Source of the DNA: Takakia lepidozioides
Taxonomy: Eukaryota; Plantae; Bryophyta
DNA length: 64,000 bases
NCBI GenBank assembly: GCA_030704615.1
Contig: CM060733.1
Span: 17,732,001-17,796,000, forward strand
Reading direction: 5' to 3'
Each line of letters opens with the position of its first letter. Within the stretch, counting starts at the first letter, position 1. A model generated the notes under the pieces. That model saw only the letters and a list, made by a program, of their open reading frames with translations, made no database searches and had not been told where the DNA came from. Of the stretch, positions 48,042 through 61,200 are shown in pieces. The translations under genes were made by a program, and so were the position numbers.

Positions 48042-49347
48042 ACCCCAGACAACCCAGATGTTACCTATGGCTTGCACCTAATCAAGATTGTGTGCTGGAT
48101 GGAGTGGTTTCTAGTAAGAAACCAAGGTCGGGTGATCACAAGGTCATGGATAAGCTAAGGCTGGTTTGAGATATGCACCTAGAATGAGTTGGGATTCAAT
48201 CCAGCTGCTCTAGTCATCTGGAAGAACTGCAAATAACAGACTCTTTGGCAAGATGGTGTGGCTTATACTGAATTTTTGCATTTTTACCTATATGATGCAA
48301 ATATGATTTTCCCGGAGCTTCATTCATCTAGCAGACCAGTGATAGGTAGTGAAAAGGAGAATGTTTGTTGTGAGGAATATTAGATATATGCAAAGTGCAA
48401 TTGAAAGTGCTGTCAGGTTTACCAATGCTTTCACTACTGTCATTGATGAAACTTGGTGTAAAACTATCAGCAGCAGAGTGTATGTTGTGTAGGTGTAAAG
48501 AAGACATGAGGGGGTCATTTTGGGAAGTATATATGGAAAAGTCTTTAAGAGAATGTGGAAAGAATGGTAAGAGAACATGGGCTAGAAATCAGAATCTTCA
48601 CTTGTACAGCAGTATTGGGCAGGAAGATCCTTAGGTAGATCATTTTAGGAAGATCTTTAAGCTCGTGTAGAGCTGTTGCTTGAATAGTGGAAAGAAGGTG
48701 AGAGTCAAGATTGTCTAAACATGCATAGACACAGGTGAGTTCCACAAATTAAGCTACCACTGTGCCAACAGCCAAGCATCTGGAGGTTGATGAACCAAAT
48801 TGAAAACATCACATGTGAGGGATCTAAAACCATGGATATTTTACGTGGTTCAGCGATTCCTTCTGCTTTTCAATGGAGAGGGTCAAAGCTCAGTGCTTGT
48901 TGTAACTTTAGCACATAATAACCCAACCCCCGAGTAGCTGGAACATCAGGAAGAACTAAGAACCTTGCAACTAACTCCAATACCGGTTGGCACGTACCAG
49001 GCGATAGAGAACTGAGAAAATAGAGGAGAAAACAGAGCACCTTCATATAGTTGAGGCCTTGACCCTCTTACACATACTAGAGCAAAACAAAGCTCCTGCA
49101 TAACTGTTGTCCTTCTGGTACAATGCAATCCAGCCGCCCCTTTCACTGCACCCATCTCATTATACGTCTACATATACATATGTGCATTTGAAAAAAACGA
49201 AGGGTCATTTAGTAAAGGAGGGAGGAAAAAAATAGCGTAACACATAACACCTAACACTTGCTTTGTAAAATCTGAGGTTGGGTAGCATGTGAGCATACTC
49301 ACACAGTTATGTGGTTTTTCTGCCATTTTTGCGCCTCCGTTAAGTGG

Positions 49348-49407
49348 CAGAATATTCGAGTAGGTAGCAGAATGCCCGAGTAGGTCGCAGAATGCACGAG
49401 TAGTTGG
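49348..49407. repeat. 20-bp tandem repeat x3 (GCAGAATnnnCGAGTAGGTn)
   Basis: Seen directly. Confidence 0.8.
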
Positions 49408-50899
49408 CTGTTTCGGGCAGTTTCTGTAGCTGACCATTCCCGACCTCGCCAGAATTCACAGCCAGGCAGCTCAGGGGGCAGAATAGCCCGGCCCTCACCG
49501 TGCCATCTCACAAAAACTAGAATATTCTATAGATTCTTGAGATATAAAACATGCTACGACGAAAATAGGGTAAACCGATAAAATTGCAAAACCACAAGTT
49601 CAGAATTTGTGCTCAAGCGAGATTATCTTTTTTATTTTCATTTTTGTGGTTGGGTTGTTTCGCCAATAAAACTCATTGTGCTCGCCTCAGCACAAGTTTT
49701 GAAGGAGTTTCGGTAGCGAGGGGCCAATGGACGGTTGAAGGATTGAACCTTGTATCACCCAGGTTATGCACAGGCAAGGCACAAAATATTACCCAAGCAC
49801 CGGGCTACATGCTTAAGTGGAGTAAAAAAAAGCATAACAAGTAAAGAGAATAGATTATAACTTAGGTGACATCCACAATACACCTCCATGGCTATGAATG
49901 CAAGGCCCACTTATAAGCCACCACCGGTGCCCTAACCACGTGCCATTTGTTGGATGGTCATATGTGTGAGTACATAAGGACTTCCGAGTCTTTGATGGGG
50001 GAGGTTAGAGCAATTGCGATGCCCAATTACAGACATTAGAAGGTGTCCACTTTCCAAACCGAAAGCAGTTGTAGCCCTTTGGATGATATGACACCATAAG
50101 TCACGCCTGCTTTGGCAAGAGTCTCTTTCCCCATTTGAATATGGACCGTAAGTTCTTTGTAATGACATTCAAGAATTGTCTGATTGTTGTGACTCTCTCT
50201 CTACCCTGGAAAATAACCAACACTCTCAAATTACTTCATTTTGTCGTGGTGTTAAGAAATTGTTTGCTGAGCTACTTGACATATTTGTTGATAAGACAAA
50301 GAGAATGCTATGTCCATGAAGATTATAGTGAATGAACAAGACATTTGATGGCAAACTAATCTCGTATATCTTGTACTAGGTCATGTAGCAACATACTGGA
50401 GTATATGTGTACACCTTCTACATATTATATTGGATTTTCTTCAAACAATAGACTTTTCTGCTCGTGCTTCTCAAACAAAATTGAAACAACAAACAACGAG
50501 TACAACAGGAAAAGAACAACAATACAAGTTGATCGACAATTGAGCTAGGCTCACAACTATGCACAACATTTCTAACAAAAACATCAAGTGACTTCCCTCA
50601 ACCACCATATCCTAATATACATAAGTACATGACATATATGCCTACTAGACAAGATGTATGGTAAGAACTTTGAGAACTCATTCAATATACGAATAAACTC
50701 GTTGTGGTTTTAAAAATGAAAGTGGAACTGCTGAAAATATGTAGTATATATCATAGGCTTGACAACCAACATTTTGCCTAATTGTAAGTGCACAAGGGTT
50801 CAAATCACATGTGGGATATCGTAAAGGTGTCCACCTACCCACCTGAAGGTAATAGCCCTTCAAGTCAATAAGTTACACTTGCTTTGGCAACACATTGAG

Positions 50900-52620
50900 A
50901 GAGAGACAGAGAAGACTCCGGCCGAACCGGCGTAACTAAGAGCCACTTCACCTTTCGGCTAGTGCCCCTGTCAGGGGTGGGCCCAACACATTCACATTTC
51001 ATCTACGCTAATATGTATCCCAAGTCGTTCAAAAAATAAAATCAATCGAAGTGGGTGGATGTCTAAGAGAGCTATCGGAAGGAGGGTGGATTGCATGCCT
51101 GTGAAAGTTGCAATTGCATGTGGGGCCCATTTGGCGGTTGCATGCAAGTGCTAAGGTGACAAATATTCTAGAATGTGGTGGATGTGGTGACATTGCAGGG
51201 TGTGAGGGTGGGGGAGTTGGAGGCGTTGGCCGGCGGCAGTTAGCAGGCAAGAGGAGAGACGGATAGCCAAGAGAGAGTGCAAGAGATATACATATATATT
51301 TATACAGAGATTTTATGGGACAGATGTTATACTGTGTTCATTCGACGTGATTTTTCTGCTCCAAGTTACTTCCACGATATACTTGGGTCTGCTCGATTTT
51401 GACGTTCCATGGCTATGGATTGATATTTTACAAATCGAGGTGACTGTATACCCAAGTTCATTTCATCTACGGTAGAGAGAGAGTCATTAAAAGATCTATC
51501 TCAGAACACATCTACAGACTAAAAATGAAGAAAAAACCATTATGATGTTTTACCCCAATTTTTTTGTTTGATTCCCCTGAGCTGTTTGTACTAATGTCGA
51601 CTTGATAACTACACTACACTACACTACACTACACTACACTATGTTCCATAACCCTAAAATCGTGAACTTGACATCATCCAAGTTTGGTAGTAGGGTTTAT
51701 AGAAAGAGGTTTTAATGTATACCCTGAGTCGTTTTAAATAAAATAAAATCAACCAAAGTGGGGTGGACGAGTAAGAGGGCTGTCCAAAGGAGGGTGGTTT
51801 TTCCATGCGGGCCCACAAGGCTATTGCATGCCTTTGAAAGTGGCAATTGCATGTGGGCCCAATTGCCGGCTGCATGCAAGCGCTAATGTGACTTTTAGAT
51901 TGTGGTGACAGTGCAGGGTAGGGGAGGTGGAGGCGTTGGCTGGCAGCAGTTAGCAGAAGAGAGTTAAGTAGGAGAGAGAGACATAGCCAAGAGAGAGTGC
52001 AAGAGAGAGGGCCTGTCAAAGCTATGCAACAGGAGGGTTCACGGACTGCTAAGTTATCCAACGGTGCTGCAATAAAGAGGAGGGTATAAAGGGTCTACAA
52101 CAACTATATATGTATATATATATATATATATATGTATATTTATACATGGAGAGAGAGAAGACTCCGGCCGAAACCGGCGTATCTAAGAGCCACTTCGCCT
52201 TACGGCTACTGCCCCCGATATAAAGGGTCTACAACAATTATATATATATATATTACGAGACATATGTTATATTGTGTTCATTCAGGGTGATTTTTCTGCT
52301 CCAAATTACTTCCACGATGCATTTGGGTCTGCTCGATTTCGATGTTCCATGGCTACGGATTAATATTTTATAGATTCGAGGTGAACTATATATGCCCCAA
52401 TTGTTCAAAAAATAAAATGAAGCAAAGGGCCGAGACATCTAGCAATTACACTATTTGCATGGGGCCCACATGGAGTGCATGCAATAGCCAAACGAAGGTT
52501 CTAGATTGCAGGATGGTGCCCAAAAGCCGCCAACGGCGACTTCGGACTAGCCAAGAGAAAGTGGTGAGAGAAAGAGAGAGACAGTGTAGGAGGACGAGGG
52601 CAAGGGCTGGCGGCACTGCG
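50900..52620. repeat. Patchwork of duplicated non-coding modules (probable non-autonomous TE), including (ACTAC)n at ~51608-51641
   Basis: 50906-50968 ~ 52150-52217; 51020-51290 ~ 51725-52010 ~ 57860-57960; 51320-51460 ~ 52260-52400. Confidence 0.7.
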
Positions 52621-55600
52621 GCAAAATGAGCATAATAGAGGCCTTGCAAGCTATATTGTGAGGTGAAAGGACCACTCCAGCAAAAGGAGTAGAATTGACG
52701 CCTTGGTCAACACTATGGCGACACTATGGCGATAATATGAAGGCAGAGGGTGGCGAAAGGGGAGGAGGGACTTGAAGGCAGGGAGCGGTGGTATATATTA
52801 AGGTGGATGGCTTTGCATCCTTCCGTATTTGTTTTAGTGGCATGTCAATGTGATGTTTGTTTTTATATACCAGGAATTGAACCGGTGTGCAGGAACAACA
52901 CTGACAAGATGTAAAGCTATTTTATATGTACTCCAATTGTTTGAAGAAGTTTATTCCTCACGAGTCATACATTGGGACATATTTTTTATGTCAGACTATA
53001 TGCATTACGACTATGATTTTTCTACTCAAAATTACATCTCCCACTGAAATGTTATACTCCATTAGCCCTCCAAGTTTGGGTGGGCCCAGTTAATTCTAGA
53101 GTGGTCCAGGAATTAGCGTGGTCCGGGAATTAAAAAAGGGGGCTAATCTGATAAGGCCACATGTATTAAGGAATGAAATGGAAGGTACAAAAACAAATCC
53201 TCCGAGGCATTAATCAGGAAGGTCAGAAAGACGAAGGCGAATGGCCCAGCCAATGCTGGGCCGCTGGAACATGCGAATAATGAGGGCAGGTGTAGGTCGC
53301 TGCGTAGAAATAGTGGAAAGTTCTAGAAAAAATGGCGGGGCGGTGGCCTCTGTAAAGTTCGAGAAGTACCTGCGATCTGGAAAGTTCTTCTGGAGCGACC
53401 AGGAGGCGAGCGAGCAACAGTACCAGCGTGCGGGGTGCAAGGTAGGGTGGTGGGAGCTGCTGGTGCGCAACGACATGCTGGAAGGAACGCTGGTGGGCCC
53501 AGCAAGCTCTGCATAACGAACAGGCTAGTGTCGCGAGCCATATCTGTTGGAAATGGTAGATGTAGTGTTTGAACTGTATTGATTCGATACATACTGTTGT
53601 TACTCTGATGCAAACTTTGGTTGCTCAGCAGGTTCCTATATCCCAGTTTATGGCAGAACTCGTCGCAATGAGCATGCATTTTAGATTTGTGTATAACTTT
53701 CAAATGTTTATACTTGTAAATAAAGTTCCAAACCATCAACTATTAAAACGAAACGACAATAAATAACCATTATGAGGTCGTATGCCTGTGAAGCCTGATT
53801 CCGGCTCTATGGGTTTGTTCTCTTTCCTCTACCAGACTTAACCTTATCTAGGGAATGTAGTCGATAGATGGGCCTGGCAGAGAAGACGGAATCTTACTAA
53901 GAGGACACCCTCGCGTAAAACCCAAAAAGCCACCACCCTCACTGCCACGGCAGTGAGGTTCAAATAGTATTAGGTCATAACCTAATCCTAGTGCCGCATG
54001 ACACTTACATATAGGTCCACCATATGCCCTTCCAGCACAGCCATAGAAAGAAGCCAAATCACCCAGTCCCATCCTAATCTGATCCTAAACTAGCTGTTAG
54101 AATAAGACAACCCCTAATAAAGCTATCAGCTGTTGCCAGCTCATCCTCATGCGCAAAGGTGTAAGTTCATCCAGACTTCATCTTGGCTTCGTCCATCCCT
54201 TAAATCATCCGGAGCGCATCCCTCCTCTATTCATCCATGTCGAAAAATAAGGTGAGAAGGAATCCCAGCTCCACATATGTGAAGCCTGCTGGGCCCACAA
54301 GAAATTGCGAGCTCCTACGAGTGATGAGCTCAGGAAGAATGAAGCCTAGCCAAAACAAACTATACACCTAGCACACAAGGGATGAAAAAACCTAAGGAAG
54401 AAAACCTCACCCTGCAAGCTGGGTGGAGGACAAAACATCCCATAGGAAAAACCCCAAGTGCTACAAATGGTGCAGAAAACTAGCACGAAATTCAAATACT
54501 ATTCTAAAGAAGAGGATGCCATGTTTTGCGAGCTATCCGAGCTATGGGGGTGAAGATCACCTGACGGTTCTCAACATTCAAACAGGTTAGATCAAAAGTA
54601 AGAGTGCATAGAACAAGTAGTGAAACATGAATGGAGCTAGCTAAGTGAGGAGTAGAGGCATGTTGTGGGAGCAAGACATACTGTTTGCCAGGAAGAATAG
54701 CAGAGATAAGGTAAGGGCCATCAATTCTTCGTTTGGCCTTGGAAACCTGCTTACCAGGCTGGAGCCTCACACAAACAGACTGACCTACCTTGAATGACTC
54801 AAAATACACAACTCGACGGTTGTAATTTTTTGTCTGAGCAGCTTGGGCAAACACAATGTTAGATTTGGCAGTTTCCCTCAAAATGCATCTTCTAGCATCC
54901 ATGGAAAGCAAAAAGACTTCCCAATTTTCAAGCTTAGTAGCCGAGAGCTGCAGCCAGGAGATATGCAAAGGGGTTCTACATTTCCTACCATACAAAAGTT
55001 CAAAAGGTGTATTTTTTGTCCCTTTGTAACTGTTCAATCAAGGCAGGCAAGTCAGATTGGTAAGGGCACCACCCGGTGTAATGCTTGATATGCAAATCAT
55101 GCAAGCCACTACTGGGGTCCTGATGTCATGACGCATGTCAGCATGGGCTTTACCTTGAGGCCCCGATCTGGCAGGGACTGCAGGGTCCCAGCCTACCTCA
55201 GCTTTGAAGGCTTGCAGTTCTCCCTGGATTTCATTACGAAAAGATGATAACTCATGCACAATGGAAGGGACCAGATCTTCTGCAATACCTTTCACCCCAG
55301 GGTCCCCATCAGTAGGCTCTACACAGTGACTCTCCCTAGCTAGATGAGTGTGTTTCGTGTAGGCAACTTTAGACAGGCCTGCCTTAGCAGCTTTGAGACG
55401 TAACCTTTCTTCAATCAATTCCACCATCTCATCTTCAGTGGTGTAAGTCTGTTTTTGCAGAAACACTTTCTCAGCAGGGGGCAAGCCTTTTACAAAACAA
55501 TGTTTCAAAATAGCAGGTCTCTCTGATGCAATCAAAACCGACTTACAAATTGCAGTTCGTAAATCAGTGTATTATTTCCACACACTGTCGCCATAATGAA

Positions 55601-56480
55601 ATTTTAAGTCTGGTGTGGTGTAAGCTATGGGCTTTTCTTCACGAAAGAGCTTGCGAGCCAACTCTCTGGCTTCGACCCACGTAAGATCATTTTTGTCCTT
55701 AATGTTGGACTCAAACAGTTGCCTGGCTTCTCCATTGAGACAGATCTGAAAGGACTTCATTTGGAATCGTGGGGGAACTCCATTCATTTCAGTGTTGATT
55801 TCAAAAAAATTCAAGAAGGACTCAAAATCCTCCCCTAAGTTGTACTCAGGGTATTGCTCCTTATGCATTCGCTCTCCATGATCAGATTTTCGTGAAGTAG
55901 TGTCCGGAACTTCAGATTGTTTCAGCAACATCTTCAAAAGGGGGGGTACAATTTGAAATCACCCCCATGGCTTTACACAGCTCGTCCAAATCAAATGTGG
56001 GCGGAGGCACAGTCGCCGGATCTTTGTGATCTCCGGACGACTCTCCCATTTCCATATTATTCTTTTCATTAGTTGTTGTCTCTTCCCTCTCCTCCGTTGC
56101 ACGTTTTTCCAACTCACTCAGTCCCATTGTCTCTTCTGCTTCCCTTTCTAGCATAGATCTTGTAAATACAGGCATGAGAAGAGAAGTACACGGCTATCTG
56201 TCTGAAGAAGTACTAAGCTGTGAGTCCCACACAGTGGGAGGTGATGAAGCGGTGCTTGTGCAGCAGGTACACTCATTCTCCCAAGAATGCCCACAGTTCC
56301 TCTTCACCCTTGAGCCAAAAAGCCACGCGCACGATGCTGCGCACTGCTTTCTCTTTCACCAACAGCGTGTGGGCAGGATATGTCTGAGCTTCTTCGGCCT
56401 TGTAGCGACCTATTGTTTCACGCCGAAAACACACCCCCGAAAAGATCAACACATCACTGGGACAAAAAAGAAATTCAGAG

Positions 56481-57104
56481 TCAGATACCCGTGATGAGCT
56501 CTTCCCAAGTGGGATCCCGGGTAGGGGCTGGCGGAACTCGAGGCCTTAAATTAGCAAGCAGGATAGATGTTCCTCCCTTAACCAGTTCCCACAATCGTAG
56601 AGGGCTCGACTTGTCAGGAGGCAGGAAGCTCTCAAGCTCCACACCCAATTCTCGACTCATAGAGAACTGTGGAATGCCCAAGACGGCCCAGCTAAGCTTC
56701 TCACCACTCTCCAATTGCTCTTTGGCACTAACAAGGGGGATTTGTAGGATGACTTCCCTGGAATGAAGTTTGAGGAGAAGGCCTGCAACATAGGCTCCCT
56801 GAAGAGATTCGCGAATGCGCCGGCTCTGCTCCCACTGCTCCGCTTTGGTGCGTATGGGTTTGCAAGCTTCATTGGACGCAGTTTCCTCAAAGGTTTTGGC
56901 CCAGAACTCCGAGGGTGTGTCCAGCGGGAGCTCGGGCCGCGGAATCGGTTCTCCCTCCGGGTAATCAACAAAAACCAACTGCTCAGGCAACAGGTTGCGC
57001 GCAAGCTCACAGATGTAGCGAGATTCCAACGCCAGAGTCTGCTTTAAGCGTGAGACTTCGAATTGATCAAGTTCAAACCAACCATGCTCAGAACTGGAAG
57101 CCAT
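56481..57104 (-). CDS. Additional ORF upstream of gag in the LTR element (207 aa, unknown)
   Basis: ATG-initiated open frame between PBS and gag; probably continues after a frameshift to ~56190. Confidence 0.55.
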   Translation of the reverse strand: MASSSEHGWFELDQFEVSRLKQTLALESRYICELARNLLPEQLVFVDYPEGEPIPRPELPLDTPSEFWAKTFEETASNEACKPIRTKAEQWEQSRRIRESLQGAYVAGLLLKLHSREVILQIPLVSAKEQLESGEKLSWAVLGIPQFSMSRELGVELESFLPPDKSSPLRLWELVKGGTSILLANLRPRVPPAPTRDPTWEELITGI

Positions 57105-57296
57105 AGTGCTTGCTTGCTAAACTCTCAAAACACAGAAAAGCTCGAGCAGACAAATTTCCTCTCTCTCTCTCTGCGCGCGAGACACAAGCCGTCATTTTGC
57201 TACTACCTCTCCCTTCCATCATGCAGGATCTTCCGTACCCAATCTACTGTTTTCAGGTGCTTCGTACCAACTAAATCCTTTGTCAACGATTTTAGT

Positions 57297-57314
57297 TACC
57301 CCGCATCTCTACCA
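57297..57314 (-). promoter_or_regulatory. Primer-binding site complementary to the tRNA-Ala 3' end
   Basis: + strand TACCCCGCATCTCTACCA differs at one base from plant tRNA-Ala ...TACCCCGCATCTCCACCA and abuts the 5' LTR. Confidence 0.85.
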
Positions 57315-58227
57315 TGATTCCGGCTCTATGGGTTTGTTCTCCTTCCTCTACCGGACTTAAACCTTATCTGGGGAATGTAGTCGATAGATGGGCCTGGCAG
57401 AGAAGACGAAATCTTACTAAGAGGACACCACAGACTCAGACCTCCAAAACACTTTCATCCAACAACTCAAAGCACACCGTTACACCCAACGTACGCTCGC
57501 GTAAGACCTAAAAAGCCACCACCCTCACTGCCACGGCAGTGAGGTTCAAATAGTATTAGGTCATAACCTAATCCTAGTGCCGCGTGGTACTTACATATAG
57601 GTCCACCAGATGCCCTTCCAGCACAGCCATATAAAGAAGCCAAATCACCCAGTCCCATCCTAATCTGATCCTAAACTAGCTGTTAGAATAAGATAGCCCC
57701 TAATAAAGCTTTCAGTTGTTGCCAGCTCATCCTCATGCGCAAGGTGTAAGTTCATCCAGACTTCATCCGTCCCTTAAATCATCCGGAGCGCTTCCCTCCT
57801 CTATTCATCCATGTCAAAAAGTAAGGTGAGAAAGAATCCCAGCTCCACATGCCTCTACCCGATTACCCCCAAATCGTTCAAAAAATAAAGTCAACCAAAG
57901 CAGGCTGTCTGAAGGAGGGTGGCTATTGCATGCGGCCCCACATGACTATTGCATGCCCTGTTTCCCACGAAGCGACTTAAAACGGATAGAGTGTCACGTC
58001 GATTTACATCATGGAATATCCTCTGTCCATGGAAAGTTCACTGGAAGTTCAGCATGGAGCCAGTTACGGTGGAACAGGCCCTGGAGAGGGCATTCCGGTG
58101 GGGAAGGACCAGAAAGGGGACCGCATACAATGAACGGTGCGAGGGCGGGCTCAGCGACAGCGTCTTGGTGGGTCATTGCGGGGCTGCACATCTATCTGTA
58201 TATATATATAGATCCGAGGAGCCGGTG

Positions 58228-61200
58228 ATGGCAGCTCAAGCTTGTGTTCTTGCGTGCCCCTCCTGCTCCACTCTTGCGCGTCCCCGCCTGTGCGTGCCTC
58301 TCTATCTCTTGCCAACTTTGGTTTTTCCAAGATGATGTGTAGATTTGCTGCATGAGTACCGGGATCTGTTTCTTGGAAACATGCTCGGTGCCATGTGCTT
58401 TCTGGTCACAGCTATGAAGCCTGCTTGACAAAGCGGGTTCATCCTCTGATGTTGACATTGGCAGTGAATGATTACTCTTTTGTGTTTGCTCTGGTATATG
58501 GTATGCCCAATTGCATATCCAATGTTGCAGATAGTGCTTCTATCAAGTGATAATTGGTACAGGAGTTTGATTAGCTGTCTACACTTAGGAAGTGTAGTTC
58601 TTTCCGCTGGGGGAAAAGAGTACATGCATTCTAGGAATTTGTTCCGTTTTATATAGGTAGATAACTGAGCTGAAATTTCAAGAAAAATGTGGTAGATCCA
58701 TGACTAGAACGGCTGGTTACCAGACTCATCCATTTTCATCTGGCTGGACAGGGCTAATTTGGTCAAGTCCCCAGTAATTCAATCTTTCAGGATCCGGCGG
58801 CAGCATAACTCTCGACTGTCCAAGATCCCAAGTCCAAGAATCGTTTCTCAAAGTAGAGCTCCCTCTTTGTTGCGCAGTATGGCAGCCAGGTAGTTCCGAC
58901 AACAATCTGTTGAATGACTGAGTTCGGTTCACTGACATTGTACACGTCACAATTTCACAAGAGGGGTGGATGGGTTTTGAAGTCGGTACTTTGATTGGCA
59001 AAATTGCCAGCACCAACATCATCCAGCAACTTTCCCAAACAATACCCTTCCGTAAAAGTCCATATTTTGACTTAGGTCCGGCTCAAAATTTGCTTAAGAT
59101 TCTCTGTAAAAGTGTTAACACGAGATTTCCTTTCGTATATATATCATCAAGCCCAGTGTTAATCCTGTTAGAACCTGAATAGGCGGCGTGGGTGGGATTG
59201 ACAGCTTGCACGCCAGTCCTCATGTGCTTGACTCGAAATCAGAGTGTCCGCCACTTTTTGACGGCACAACCAGGTCAGTAGATAAAACTTCACCGACTTT
59301 TCTTTCATTTTAATCAAGGCAAACTGGAAATGCAAACCATGTTGTGTTGGGCAGGACACCACAATTTCGTACTCCATTACAGGCAGACAGCCAACATACA
59401 TTGAAATCGTGATAATGTCCAGCTTCCGTCATGTGACATGAAAAGACTACTCTTTCCTGTCTGTTACTTCACATTTGGAGAAGGCATGCCTGATGGATGG
59501 AGGTTAAACTCTTGTTGGGTGGGAGACTAGGCTATATTACAGCGCCAAATGCCCTTATGCACAGCGAGTCTGGGTCGCCGTTAACTACAAGGTTTGTCTT
59601 ACTCCTTTGACGTTGCAGTGAAGACACGCGACTGCTTATAGACCTAGTTCTACGGTCACTGAAACTCTTAAGATAGGCCTTTGATTTAACCTCGACATTC
59701 CTGAGGATAGTTGGGCTTCCAACTTTTGGTTGGCAGTTTGGCACACTTGAAGTCCCACAAAGCTATTGGGATGTTAGGCTTGCAAGAAACAGAAAACTGT
59801 ACAAAGTTTTGAATTGTCCAGCTGTGTAAGGTTGTTTAACTTCAAGCCAAGCTTAGATTTTGGCTGTGATGGACAGCTTGGGTGGATGGGCATTGGCAAA
59901 TGAAACACACTGCAGTTTCAAGTACACTCCACAGCTTTTGCTGACATAACAATTGTTGAAGCCTTTTTTGTACCTGTGCGAAATGTGGGAATGGATGCAG
60001 GGTCTGGATGACATTGAACTCTTAGAAATCAGCCTTGCTGACAAGCCCATCTGGTACAAAGAAAAGGTTTACCCTATTGGCAAAGTACGCACTCTTATCT
60101 CTGTTTTCATCCCAGTCGTCACTTGTTAGAATCTACAGCTGTTCTCTTTTGCAGTGGCTATGATTGTGTTGAAGAAAAGTGGGATAGAGCCAATGGATCT
60201 TTGAGCGACAGAAAGCATCGTCTTGAGCTATGTATGTTGATTGGCAGGTTCCAGCACTGGAGCACAATGGTAAAGTGACGGGTGAGAGCCTTGACTTGCT
60301 GGAATACCTGGACAAACATTTTGGAGGGCCACTTCTGATTCCTACAGTAAGTAGATGCTCCTTCAGTCCCGATTCTACTTTTAACACTTTAGTTGAAATA
60401 TGTAACTTGCCTTGAAGGCAAGGTTGTTGAAGAGTTGAATAATAGATAAAACAATCTGGACAAGAGATGAGACTGATGGTAGCTAGAATCTGTTCTCAAG
60501 AGAAAGGGACAGCGAGGTCAAGTGCATTTTTCATGGTGTGTGGTTGGGTGGACAGGAAGAGGCCAAGAAAGAGGCAGCAGCAGAGCTCCTAAAGTACACT
60601 GACACATTTAATAAGGCAGGCTTGTCCATCCTGAGCCTGAAGGATGCTTCACCATCGGAAATACACGAGGCTTTAAGTAAGTTCAGTGTGCTTTCTTCCC
60701 TTTTCAGTTTGGTGGATATGTATGCGGGGACAACTATTATCACCTTAGGTGTGAGGGGAGGAACAAACAACTGGACAATAGAGACCCTGAAGAAGAACCT
60801 TAAACTCACAGCTAATGCTATTCTTGCTTTCCTTCACTCCTTGCACCTCACCACAATCAGAACCATCACAGCACTCATCCTCAACAAAGGAAAGTGAAAA
60901 GTGGACAAATTGATGTCACATAGTTAGGTCATTCACAGCAAGGGGGCAGTACCTGGGAGTGGAAGAGGTTCTCATTTACGCTGGCTCCGACTAGCGTCAT
61001 CTCGTGCTCTCTCTTGGATGTAGCCTTTCAAAAGGCTTCGTAAGGAGATGGCGAGTGTGGTTTCTGTTTCTAGTTATTTGGAGCTTAGCTGATTGATGAC
61101 ATCTGCTGTATGTCAGGTCCTGCGCTTGATTACATAGAAAATGCACTTGGGAAATATGCAAATGAAGGACCTTTTTTCCTCGGCAAGTTTGGTGTGGTGT

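Larger units (their letters stand above)
53787..57849 (-). mobile_element. Non-autonomous Ty3/gypsy LTR retrotransposon
   Basis: LTRs 57315-57849 and 53787/53796-54275, TGCC(T) TSD on both flanks, tRNA-Ala PBS. Gag-like ORFs 55038-56175 abut an integrase C-terminus (TPFELLYGR..RTPL, GPYLI) at 54504-55037. No PR, RT or RNase H. Confidence 0.88.

Noticed and set aside
53241-53516. GC-rich 91-aa ORF
   Set aside because: No recognisable family or gene structure; probably a TE scrap.
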